Shown: positions 30,601 to 38,966 of the stretch, in pieces
How positions within the stretch are numbered: the first letter of the stretch is position 1
Layout: every line of letters begins with the position of its first letter
Sequence record: LC680884.1
Reading direction: 5' to 3' (one strand)
DNA length: 64,000 bases
Translations under genes and position numbers: made by a program
Notes under the pieces: model-generated
Told to the model about the DNA's origin: nothing
Databases searched by the model: none
The model's input: the letters and a program-made list of their open reading frames with translations, nothing else

Positions 30601-33465
30601 TCCTATAACACTCCCAGTAGTACTTGTTAAAAGACCAAGTAAGCCTCTCATTCCTTTAATATTTCTATTTCCGCTTCTTCCTGCTCTACTTGCAGATCTA
30701 TTTGATCGAAGTTCTTTAGCTTTATCTAATCCTTTTTTACCTGCTCCAAGTATTAGTGAAAAAGCACTTTTACCAAAATTTAAAAATCCTTTTGTTACCT
30801 CTCCTGCAAATTTAGTTGCTTTTGGAATTGTTTTAGACGCAACATCCAAAACAGTTGTTAATGTACCAGAAACAAACTTGGTGATAATGCCATCTCTTCC
30901 TAGAAGTCTTGATGTAATAGATTGTCTTCCATTAGCACCTCTAATAGAATCCATTGCACCACCAAATAATTTAGATAAAAGTGAAGTTCTGGAACCTGAA
31001 TTACCAAATACCATTCCAATAAAGCCTTTAACTTTTTCTGCTGTTCTAGAGAAGAAACCTCCTGAATTAGATCTTCCTCTTCCAAATAACTTTTCAAAGA
31101 AATTAAGAGTTTTATCCTTATAACTACCAATAATATTTTTGAATTTTCCAATCCTACCTACTGGTAAGCCATCTCCACTAAATTTAGCTTCTAGTAATGC
31201 TATAATATGAAGAATATTATCATTAATCTTAGGGAGAATGGAAAGATCTGGGTTTTGTACATTCGTAGTTCTAATGGCAGTTGAATTAGTAGAAGAGGAT
31301 GTTTTCTCATCATTTCTACCTTCCATAATCCTATTATTACGTTCAATATTTCTATTTAACAGGAAGATACTTCTGGTGATACCTCTATCTCCACTAATTT
31401 CATTATTTACTTCTTCGATATTTTGATTTAAATTACTTAATTCTCTTGTTGTATTGTTACTACTAGTATCCTCAGTATTTGAAATAACAGGAATTGAAGG
31501 TGAAGTTCTTCTCTCAGGCATTAAACCATTTCTTGTATTTAATTTAGAAATAGCATTACTTCCTGTATTTACTACTCTACTAGCAAAATCTCTTATCTTA
31601 GATCCTCTATTTACTGTATTTTGCTGATTAGAAGAAGGTTGTTGAGGTCTAGTATATGCATATTCATTATTATCCTGACCATAAAAAAATTCAGAAGTTT
31701 TTCCATTAACTCTCTTGATACCTTCAGTTAACCAATAAAGAGGATTCTTTTTACTCATATTATTTTCTACTGGACCTTGACCAACGCCAAAGAATCTATC
31801 AATATTTGTTTTTACCCTTCTAGCCATTTCTTTATTAGTTTCAGGTTCAAATATTCTTTCTTCTTTTGTCATATCAAAGGCATTATTGAATGATTCATTT
31901 TGCTCAATTCTTCTATAAATATCAGAATAAGCTTTTGAAGCACTTAGCAGGTCATATTGATATTTAGACTTATTAGCATTTGTTTGACCCTTGAAGTTAT
32001 TTAAGATAGCATTAGCAACATCTTCGTCCTCCGAAATATCAGATGCCTTGCTATTACCATGAATCATTTTGCTATTTTTAACCATGGATAAAAGAGCTTT
32101 ATCAACTCTTTCCATAAAAGCAGATAATTCTTCACTGCTTGAAAATTTAGATTGATTCTCTCTTGCAATCTGTTCTTTATAATTAGTAAGATCGTAGTTA
32201 TCAATAGTGAAGTTTTTAATATCACTATTCATTTCTTTTATTACACGTTTTCTAGTAGTAAATTTTCCTTTATCATAATCATAAATAAGTTCTTCTTTAT
32301 GAGTTGAATTATTGCTAACACTAGCCAAAATTTTAGATAACAATGATGGAATTACATTAACAATAGAACGTCTAGTTACACCGTCAAATGCTACCTTTCC
32401 TTTTTCATAATTAGAAAAGTTAAATCCCTTATCTTCTTTTAGATCAATGCCAAATATTTTTGCGGCATTTCTCTTAAAGACATTATCGCTACCTTCCCAA
32501 TCTTTAGCTTTTCCTTGGATCATAGTAGGAAGAAATTTAAACATTTGATCCATATCACCAACAGCCGATTTTAAAGCTCTTGGTAAAGCTAACTTAATTG
32601 CATTTTTAGTTAAAGCTCCAATTGGATTTGCAACAACTTCATCAATATAAGGTTTAATAACAAGATTAAATGTATCTTTCATTCCACCAGTAGAATTAGA
32701 ATATTTTTTCCTATACATATCCTTCATTCCACTAACACTAAATCCTTCTAACCCTAATAATGTTGCAAGCATGGACTCGCCTTGTGTTCTTCTAGTTCCA
32801 CCTACTGAAACCTCAGCCATTACACCAAGGAATCCGGTCATCTGACTAACATCTCTTGTAATATCAGCCATTTTACTTGACATCTCTGTATAGAATCTGT
32901 TAGTGTTATTATGCTGGAATTCAATTAATGTAGAAATTTGTTTACTCAAAGCACTAGAATTATAATGACTCATCTTCATAGCTGAAGATGAAATAGTTGT
33001 TAATTGCTGAATGCTTTTAGAAGTAGATGGATCACTATTATTCACAAAAACATTTTGTTGAGTGTTATTGCTGGTATTGTGAATAGTTTTTCCATCTTTT
33101 TCTTTTGTTGTTTCTTTATTTTGATCTTCAAAATTAGTAAGATTATCTAAATCAATACCAAACATCTCTTTGAAAGAATCATTAGATGCTTGTTGTTGTC
33201 TTTCTTTATTATAGAAATTACCTGATTTAAGATCTCTAATTGCATTATTAATTAATTGCTGTCCAGATTTATAAATGTAGGTCTGTTTAACTTCATTAGG
33301 AGTTACTTTTTCTCTGGAAGAATTATATACTTCAGCAATATAATTTTTACTATCAATGCCTGAATTCTTCATACTAGGCATCATATCACCAAATGCTGAA
33401 GCTGTTGATCTTCCAAGTGATCTACCTACATTCTTAACGAATTTTGGTAATACTCTCATTGGCAT
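27688..33465 (-). CDS. Tape measure protein with lysozyme-like (VgrG3-type) muramidase domain
   Basis: 1925 aa, helical and Gly/Ala-rich; AAKYESSGNAG...GDIGGQSFGKYQL...STAVQHG motif near the C-terminus. Confidence 0.8.
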   Translation of the reverse strand: MPMRVLPKFVKNVGRSLGRSTASAFGDMMPSMKNSGIDSKNYIAEVYNSSREKVTPNEVKQTYIYKSGQQLINNAIRDLKSGNFYNKERQQQASNDSFKEMFGIDLDNLTNFEDQNKETTKEKDGKTIHNTSNNTQQNVFVNNSDPSTSKSIQQLTTISSSAMKMSHYNSSALSKQISTLIEFQHNNTNRFYTEMSSKMADITRDVSQMTGFLGVMAEVSVGGTRRTQGESMLATLLGLEGFSVSGMKDMYRKKYSNSTGGMKDTFNLVIKPYIDEVVANPIGALTKNAIKLALPRALKSAVGDMDQMFKFLPTMIQGKAKDWEGSDNVFKRNAAKIFGIDLKEDKGFNFSNYEKGKVAFDGVTRRSIVNVIPSLLSKILASVSNNSTHKEELIYDYDKGKFTTRKRVIKEMNSDIKNFTIDNYDLTNYKEQIARENQSKFSSSEELSAFMERVDKALLSMVKNSKMIHGNSKASDISEDEDVANAILNNFKGQTNANKSKYQYDLLSASKAYSDIYRRIEQNESFNNAFDMTKEERIFEPETNKEMARRVKTNIDRFFGVGQGPVENNMSKKNPLYWLTEGIKRVNGKTSEFFYGQDNNEYAYTRPQQPSSNQQNTVNRGSKIRDFASRVVNTGSNAISKLNTRNGLMPERRTSPSIPVISNTEDTSSNNTTRELSNLNQNIEEVNNEISGDRGITRSIFLLNRNIERNNRIMEGRNDEKTSSSTNSTAIRTTNVQNPDLSILPKINDNILHIIALLEAKFSGDGLPVGRIGKFKNIIGSYKDKTLNFFEKLFGRGRSNSGGFFSRTAEKVKGFIGMVFGNSGSRTSLLSKLFGGAMDSIRGANGRQSITSRLLGRDGIITKFVSGTLTTVLDVASKTIPKATKFAGEVTKGFLNFGKSAFSLILGAGKKGLDKAKELRSNRSASRAGRSGNRNIKGMRGLLGLLTSTTGSVIGGAGSLIGGSLSLGMRGISKVGDIASGIGNKLSGRKGHKKSKSSSNRRSFSMPDIIDRVFNRKSDSLHVFVDGGSLDKIREVVKVQTHISDGNSAVEQIAEFKKRRQNNENSLLQNLKGGRKKRNRNNLTGEQSSGGGFLSGTLSNIAGDIIGEVIGNKIAGRGGRDTGTRAGRRAGRRGIFGRIGGLFNRNRGGASEAIEGATDLAQNSTRMGRNQSTGRGIRGMFSRIGGGLSRLGGRGMAGIGALGAGAGLASGGAGVAQAATTGASATQAATTAAGASGVAGSASGGAKGLLRGAGTALRGAGRLAKFIPGVGLVATAGMGVMDAINGVQNANQIFGTEKATLGQKVSAGAGSVISGLTFGLADKEKVSKGIYGFGNKIKDFGSKALSTVKKNPLLLAGGIGGGLGLGALGLSKMFGKKEDEDQKRDAEKGENSKQPINKISAWVEKLGKFFSIGAGGTFFSGIWGMITGKTGGIFDKIGNWFKGLFGGGKDDSNSGGDSYTGKIGSGIGALAAKYESSGNAGTVANSSGDIGGQSFGKYQLARNTGSYKSFINKLSDYGHEDWEKQLKSAYNSTSQSAAVWKKIYKENPKEFEKVQDQYFADQYFRPAAGKIKSAIGLDVGKRSTAVQAVLLSTAVQHGTAGAVNVWKNALGSKANDMSDSEIINAVYKERAANNGMKYFPSSSAAIRKGVVNRFSREKKDALAMLAKDGGEKANTSSDSDKDTKDSSSTGSTASKVMNDRSQFYDNPFDSASSGGGYTNSTAGYDSAPSSSYKSIGGFSLGSSAGKALTSGSAYVANLLSTSDKAMGDLRWSIGNNTISKANSIKNNYLNSNSSSNPFSALGIGTGTTSNIKSTASSSLVSPLSSIPKLSSSSSESNTGSTITGNDFTEMLKNSDEIAQMQSILKQINENSKQGNSILAKMLEAIIDIRDNKSFGGTTVVNNTSSGSNYSSSSISPETDSMLKGY

Positions 33466-33525
33466 ACTATTTCACCTTCTTTACTTATAAAATAAAAAAA
33501 AAATAATTATTTATAAATTATATTA

Positions 33526-33537
33526 TATAATATTGTT
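33526..33537 (-). promoter_or_regulatory. AR9-type late promoter AACA-N6-TA
   Basis: AACA-ATATTA-TA upstream of the tape measure gene. Confidence 0.6.
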
Positions 33538-33647
33538 TATATAATAAAAAAATTAATATTTTAATATTAATAATAGAATAATAAGAGTTATATTATTATA
33601 ACCCTTATTACCCATTATTATTTTCTTGTTAATTATTTTCATTAAAA

Positions 33648-34055
33648 TTAATGATTATTAACTTCCATTTCAAGATTATCCATAAGTTTCAATGTAGATT
33701 CTAGATAAGGAATTAATTCTGGATCATTGTGTTCATAATTTTCTTTTAATTTAAGCTTTAAATAAAATTTTAACATAGACCATCTCCGTTCTTCTGAAAT
33801 TCTATTTTCAAAACAATCTTTAATTGAGAAGATAAGCTTATAGTCATCTTGTAAAGATTCAAAACCAGAGTTATTATATTCATTTAATAATTTTAAAGCC
33901 CTGTCAAATGGATTTAATGCTAAAGCATTTAATCTTTCTATTTCTTTTAAGACATTATGAACATGTTGAATTTCTTTCTTACAGGCAACTTCTCCAATAT
34001 AAATCTCAACTAAGCGCTGTCTTAAAGTTGACCAATTATCCATCTTCATTTTCAT
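33648..34055 (-). CDS. Hypothetical protein
   Basis: 135-aa ORF with GGGGGA RBS. Confidence 0.7.
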   Translation of the reverse strand: MKMKMDNWSTLRQRLVEIYIGEVACKKEIQHVHNVLKEIERLNALALNPFDRALKLLNEYNNSGFESLQDDYKLIFSIKDCFENRISEERRWSMLKFYLKLKLKENYEHNDPELIPYLESTLKLMDNLEMEVNNH

Positions 34056-34076
34056 TAATCCCCCTATTAATTATTA

Positions 34077-34433
34077 TTAAAAATCATGTCCATCTTCAGT
34101 TTTTTCAGTGGGAGTACCACTATCTAGATCTGGTACAGGGATATCATCTACTTCAAGAAGCTTATTTAATTTATCAATTAGATTTTTAGTCTCATTTAAT
34201 TCGTCAATATATTTTTGTAATTCATCAATATTAATATTTTCATAATTTCTTCCTCTTATAGTCACGAGAAATCTATTAATATTAAAATTAAATCTAACGT
34301 CAATGGACGATCCAGCGCAGTCTCTAATGTAAAATCCATGTGTAGTACTCCAAGTAATATCTTTATATTCATGTTTATTCAATAATTCTATAATTTCATT
34401 AAATTTACTAGGTATTTTCAAATATTCAGCCAT
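34077..34433 (-). CDS. Hypothetical protein
   Basis: 118-aa ORF with GGGAGA RBS. Confidence 0.7.
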   Translation of the reverse strand: MAEYLKIPSKFNEIIELLNKHEYKDITWSTTHGFYIRDCAGSSIDVRFNFNINRFLVTIRGRNYENINIDELQKYIDELNETKNLIDKLNKLLEVDDIPVPDLDSGTPTEKTEDGHDF

Positions 34434-34459
34434 CTTAGTCTCTCCCTTTATAACAACTT

Positions 34460-35428
34460 TTATTTTAGATTTTTTAGTTGCTTAGTAATCATCATAGAAT
34501 CAATAACACCATTAAATCCATTTAGATTAATGAATAATACATATTCTAATAATTCCCAAATTAATTCTCTAATTGTATCCATAGCAATTTTATCTCTGTT
34601 TTCAATAGTATTACTATTCTTTCTATGCCATTTTCTTTCTGGATACAAACGTCTTACAACCATTAAACTAGAAGATACTCTATCCATTAAAGTGTGAATA
34701 TCTCTTTTAGTAAAACCATATTCATAGCCTTTCTTGACAAAAACTTTTTTACCATGATCAATTAGGTTTTTATCAAATGTACAATATGTACTTCCGAGGT
34801 ACATAACAATATCTAATATTTCTTCTATTACCTTCATATCATTTTCTTCTCTTTTTACTTCATGAATCTCTTCAAAGATTTGCATAAAATATCTATCAGT
34901 TAAGTGAATTCCTTCATCTTTAGTATTTAATTCATATTTTAAATAAATCTCTCTTTGTACTTTCATAAATAAATCGAAATTAAATTCAAGAATATCTTCT
35001 GAAATTCTTGAAGTATAATTGGTATTGTCATTGATTATTTTATCATTAATAATTCTAGGATTATCTAAAATCGTTATTCTAACAGGTTTTCCACATAATA
35101 ATTCATCAGGCTTAAAATTCCATAATAACTCTTTAGTAATACTATTATAGTAACAAGTAAATTTTTCATTTTTTCTTAAAGTAAAAGAAGATTTTTCTCT
35201 AAAATCACTATAATAGTCTATGTCATGCACTAACACTGGAAATTCGTATATATTCCATGTATCAAAAGCTACTGGATCATCTGAAATTAGTTTAATCAAT
35301 TTTTCTTTATCTTCAACAAACATTGGACCATCATTATTGGCATTAGGTATAAAACTAAATTTACCAGTTTCTCCTAATGGTGTTCCTATTGCATATAAAA
35401 CCTTTTTCATTGTTATATTTCCTCCCAA
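34460..35428 (-). CDS. Protein with C-terminal all-alpha NTP pyrophosphatase (MazG/dimeric dUTPase-like) motif
   Basis: IFEEIHEV...VIEEILDIVMYL acidic pattern and a later ERKWHRK segment. Confidence 0.5.
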   Translation of the reverse strand: MGGNITMKKVLYAIGTPLGETGKFSFIPNANNDGPMFVEDKEKLIKLISDDPVAFDTWNIYEFPVLVHDIDYYSDFREKSSFTLRKNEKFTCYYNSITKELLWNFKPDELLCGKPVRITILDNPRIINDKIINDNTNYTSRISEDILEFNFDLFMKVQREIYLKYELNTKDEGIHLTDRYFMQIFEEIHEVKREENDMKVIEEILDIVMYLGSTYCTFDKNLIDHGKKVFVKKGYEYGFTKRDIHTLMDRVSSSLMVVRRLYPERKWHRKNSNTIENRDKIAMDTIRELIWELLEYVLFINLNGFNGVIDSMMITKQLKNLK

Positions 35429-35465
35429 AAATAAATCTTATATATCTATTAAATCATTTTAAGAA

Positions 35466-35963
35466 TTAGTTTAAAATAGTTATATCATAACTACAATTAT
35501 TTAAGGTAATATAATGGTCATTGGTTCTCTCAACTAGTGTAGGCATTTCAGTAATTTCAAATTTAACAAATTTCTGGTTGTCAAGATTTTTACTTAATGA
35601 GTCAAGTGTCCAATAAACTCCTTCTCCATTAAAAATAGCAAAATAGATTCTATTAATGACTGGAAAACAAATTTCTTTAGACATACTAACCATTAAATTT
35701 TCTAGGTCTGTTGGTGATCCCGAAATATTTGAAATATCCTCCAGAGTTACTTTCATTTGATAAATTTCCCAACCATTGTCTAATTTAGATTGTTCATCTC
35801 TTGAAATTAGTCTAATCAGATCTCTCAATGAAAAAGTAAATAACGGAAGATTACTTACAGATTCATCTAACCATTCATATCTCTTTCTCTTTTTATTATA
35901 ATATCCTATTCCGTAAATGTTTTTATTATAGATAATATTTCTATCAGTAAAATCTGGTCTCAT
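35466..35963 (-). CDS. Hypothetical protein
   Basis: 165-aa ORF with RBS. Confidence 0.7.
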   Translation of the reverse strand: MRPDFTDRNIIYNKNIYGIGYYNKKRKRYEWLDESVSNLPLFTFSLRDLIRLISRDEQSKLDNGWEIYQMKVTLEDISNISGSPTDLENLMVSMSKEICFPVINRIYFAIFNGEGVYWTLDSLSKNLDNQKFVKFEITEMPTLVERTNDHYITLNNCSYDITILN

Positions 35964-36021
35964 ATATAGATCCCCTTAATCTTTATTTTCTTCATCCAAA
36001 AAATAATTCCCCTTACAATAT

Positions 36022-36060
36022 TAATGAAGGTAAATGAGATTATCTCATTTACCTTCATTA
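36022..36060 (-). terminator. Stem-loop downstream of the HU-like gene
   Basis: 19-bp perfect inverted repeat. Confidence 0.7.
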
Positions 36061-36067
36061 TCTTATA

Positions 36068-36835
36068 TTATTTTTTCTTACCAACTTCAATTTCAAGTTC
36101 TACTGGATCAAATTCACCAGTGTCATAGTTGAACTTACCATCAGCAATAAATTTACCTTCATCTTTCAGATATTGCCCACGGAACTTGTCTACATTAGTT
36201 GTATCTTTTGTAAATGTTTTTACTACACGATCAGCTTTATAGGAATCATATCCAGCCTTTGGAGATTTATAAACTTGTCCAGAACGCTCTTGACGTTTAA
36301 TCATTGAGTTCATGAATTTGAAATCTTTATGATTTGTTACTTCATCTAGAACTTCTTCAAAAGCACCTACAACAGTTGTAACTGCGTCTAGGGTGATAGA
36401 AATTCCTTGATCTTCCAAATGTTTTTGAACTTGTTTCATTACAGATTTTCTAGTAGCACGACGACCACCAGAGTTATCACTTTCTTCTTCTGAGTCATTA
36501 ACTGATTTAAGAGCAATAGTTTTATTAGCTTCTTTTTTACTTGCTGGTTTTTTCTTAGGAGATGTTTTAGTTTCTTTTTTCTCTTCTTTAGGTTCCTCAA
36601 CTACTTCTTCTACTGGCTCTTCTTGTTTTTCTTCGGTATATGTAGCTTCAGCTTTTTCTTCTTTAGTAGCTTTAGCAACATTTTTCTTAGGTGTAGCTTT
36701 CTTTTCTTCTTTAGCTTCTACTTTAGGTTCCTCAGTTGTTTCTACTACTGGCTGTTGTACTTCTTCCTCTTTTGCTTTTTCTGCCGCTACTTCTCCAGAT
36801 GTTTTAGGGCGAACTACTTTCTTTTTCAATGCCAT
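36068..36835 (-). CDS. HU/IHF/TF1-like DNA-binding protein with long Glu/Lys-rich N-terminal tail
   Basis: TRKSVMKQV...VTTVVGAFEEVLDEV...DFKFMNSMIKRQERSGQVYKSP follows the HU helix-helix-beta-arm pattern. Confidence 0.55.
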   Translation of the reverse strand: MALKKKVVRPKTSGEVAAEKAKEEEVQQPVVETTEEPKVEAKEEKKATPKKNVAKATKEEKAEATYTEEKQEEPVEEVVEEPKEEKKETKTSPKKKPASKKEANKTIALKSVNDSEEESDNSGGRRATRKSVMKQVQKHLEDQGISITLDAVTTVVGAFEEVLDEVTNHKDFKFMNSMIKRQERSGQVYKSPKAGYDSYKADRVVKTFTKDTTNVDKFRGQYLKDEGKFIADGKFNYDTGEFDPVELEIEVGKKK

Positions 36836-36880
36836 GATAAATTCCTCCTGTAATATAAATAATTTTTATTTAATCTAAAG

Positions 36881-36892
36881 TAATAGCTTGTT
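36881..36892 (-). promoter_or_regulatory. AR9-type late promoter AACA-N6-TA
   Basis: AACA-AGCTAT-TA upstream of the HU-like gene. Confidence 0.6.
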
Positions 36893-36919
36893 ACCTATTA
36901 TCTTAGATTTTTCAATAAA

Positions 36920-36932
36920 ATAATATATATTT
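36920..36932 (-). promoter_or_regulatory. Putative early promoter AAATATATATTAT
   Basis: Exact 13-mer upstream of the HU-like gene. Confidence 0.65.
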
Positions 36933-37022
36933 ATTTTTTAGTTTGAAATTTCTCCAAACTATATAACTGTTATCTATTCTTTTAAATTTTAAAAAGAATT
37001 AATAATAGTTAGAACAAACGAG

Positions 37023-37034
37023 AACAACTTATTA
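37023..37034 (+). promoter_or_regulatory. AR9-type late promoter AACA-N6-TA
   Basis: AACA-ACTTAT-TA. Confidence 0.6.
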
Positions 37035-37055
37035 AAATCTAAATAATATAGGGAT

Positions 37056-37418
37056 GTGATTATAGTGCCTAGATTTTACCAAAATAAAGTAAGCGGTATT
37101 GTTATAGATGATAATACTACTGGAACCGATCATGCATGGTCTCCTGATAGAATTATTCAAGAGATCGAAAGTAAGTTAAACCTTTCTTCTCTATATGATG
37201 TTAGTATTAACCCAACTATTGAGAATGGATTCGTTCTAACTTACAATTCTGTTAGTAATAAATGGGAAGCAAAGAAAATTATTTCCAAATTATCTGAAAT
37301 GTCAGATGTAGATATGACAAACATAAAAGATAAGTCGATTCTATCATACTCTTTAGCAGAAGAAAAATTTATTGCAAGTGATAGTGTATCTCTTGAATGG
37401 GAAGAATTTAATTTATAA
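37056..37418 (+). CDS. Fibre-type virion protein
   Basis: IDDNTTGTDHAWSPDRI and two L.DV.I...L.Y......W/F repeats typical of fibre proteins. Confidence 0.5.
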   Translation: MIIVPRFYQNKVSGIVIDDNTTGTDHAWSPDRIIQEIESKLNLSSLYDVSINPTIENGFVLTYNSVSNKWEAKKIISKLSEMSDVDMTNIKDKSILSYSLAEEKFIASDSVSLEWEEFNL

Positions 37419-37463
37419 ATTTTTTAAAAAATTATTAACTAAAAGAATAAGGAGGTAAAATAA

Positions 37464-37943
37464 TTGAAATTATCATTTAGAGCTATTAAAGAATCATTAT
37501 TAAATTCAATTAATACTATAGGAACTATTATTTTTACTAATGAAAGAAATTTATATATAGTAGGAAGCAATGGACAAAAATTAAAAATATCAGATCTTAT
37601 AGTTGTAGAAAGTGAAGATGAATTAAATTCCTTAACTGAAAAAATACAAAATAAATTATATCTTACAAAAGATAATTATAAAATTTATATTTGGAATGGT
37701 TCAATATTTAAACCTATAACTGATGGATCTAATAGTAAGAAAAGAGAAACAATAACTCCATTAAAAGGTCAATCATCTTTTACAGTACCTTTTAGCTTTA
37801 ATACTGGTGGTTCATTAAAAATATATAGGAATGGTGTATTTCAAGACTTAAATATTGACTATACTGAAGACCAGAGTACTAATTCTATTTTATTAAAAAC
37901 TCCAACAGACGATGATGAAATATTCACTTTGATAATCGATTGA
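37464..37943 (+). CDS. Putative virion structural protein
   Basis: TTG start after AGGAGG; KIYRNGVFQ...DYTE Ig-like C-terminus. Confidence 0.5.
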   Translation: MKLSFRAIKESLLNSINTIGTIIFTNERNLYIVGSNGQKLKISDLIVVESEDELNSLTEKIQNKLYLTKDNYKIYIWNGSIFKPITDGSNSKKRETITPLKGQSSFTVPFSFNTGGSLKIYRNGVFQDLNIDYTEDQSTNSILLKTPTDDDEIFTLIID

Positions 37944-37946
37944 TAG

Positions 37947-37958
37947 AACAAAAAATTA
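37947..37958 (+). promoter_or_regulatory. AR9-type late promoter AACA-N6-TA
   Basis: AACA-AAAAAT-TA. Confidence 0.55.
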
Positions 37959-37983
37959 TTCTGGTATAAAGGATGGTGTTGTC

Positions 37984-38862
37984 ATGAAAGTTCTTAGTAA
38001 TATTGATTTGGGTGGAGTGGCTAAAATTGTCAATTTACCTAGTCCGACTGAAGGATCTGATTTAGTAAGTAAATCCTTTGTAGAAAATAAGATTGATAAA
38101 GCAATTACTGATTTTGATTTTCAAAATGATGTAAAAGCAATCCAATCTGATGCTACATTGGTAATTGATTCTCCTGTTGTTGGAGATCGTTATGTAATTA
38201 AAGATCCAACTACACTTGATCCATCATTTGGAACAATTGAAGGTCTAGAAGCTGGAGATATCGTTCAATATGATGGATCTAAATTTGTTGTTACCTATGA
38301 TGTTTCATCTAAAGGTGATGGTGTATTATTATTTAGCAAAAGCGATAAACAATTTTTCAAGTATACTAATAGTACTTGGTCAATCGCCGATCTAACTACA
38401 ATTAATGCTGGTAGAGGTTTAGAAAATATTGATGATACATTTAATGTAAAAATTGATAATGTCTCTATCGGTCTTAATGTTGGGAATCAATTAGAGGTAA
38501 TTGATAAGTCAATTACTAAGACTAAATTAGGTACAGACTTAGCTGGTCTTGGTTTAGAGCAAAATACTGATGGTAGCTTAAAAGTTAAATTAAATGATTC
38601 ACGTTTAGCAACAGACGCTGATGGTCTAAAAATTGTAGGTAGTTTAAATCCTAAATTTGTATCAACAATTGGGGATGGAACTGCTACATCTTTTACAGTT
38701 AATCATAATTTTAATACTCGTGATGTTATTGTACAAGTATTCGATAATGAAACATTTGCTAATATTAGTACAGATATTGTAAGAGTAGATGAAAATAATA
38801 TCACTGTTAGCTTCTCTCAAGCACCTACATTGAATCAATACCGTGTAGTAGTAATGTCTTAG
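37984..38862 (+). CDS. Putative fibre/decoration virion protein
   Basis: NLPSPTEGSDLVSKSFV start, AGxGL repeats, C-terminal VNHNFNTRDVIVQVFD module. Confidence 0.55.
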   Translation: MKVLSNIDLGGVAKIVNLPSPTEGSDLVSKSFVENKIDKAITDFDFQNDVKAIQSDATLVIDSPVVGDRYVIKDPTTLDPSFGTIEGLEAGDIVQYDGSKFVVTYDVSSKGDGVLLFSKSDKQFFKYTNSTWSIADLTTINAGRGLENIDDTFNVKIDNVSIGLNVGNQLEVIDKSITKTKLGTDLAGLGLEQNTDGSLKVKLNDSRLATDADGLKIVGSLNPKFVSTIGDGTATSFTVNHNFNTRDVIVQVFDNETFANISTDIVRVDENNITVSFSQAPTLNQYRVVVMS

Positions 38863-38870
38863 TAAATCCA

Positions 38871-38899
38871 TAGTGGTGTTGATATTTTTAACACCACTA
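38871..38899 (+). terminator. Stem-loop
   Basis: TAGTGGTGTT / AACACCACTA. Confidence 0.6.
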
Positions 38900-38966
38900 A
38901 GTATATTTAATCTATTAATCTTCTATTTATCACATTAATTTTTAAATAAATATTGGGGGAATAAGA

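Noticed and set aside
30029-31426. Several antisense or alternate-frame ORFs over the tape measure gene (also 446-844, 9086-9433, 15109-15468, 41254-41523 and similar)
   Set aside because: Shadow ORFs from codon bias or low complexity; no SD or promoter, and atypical composition.
33466-33647. Extremely AT-rich intergenic stretch as a replication origin
   Set aside because: No iterons or DnaA-box-like pattern; largely explained by a hairpin and a late promoter.
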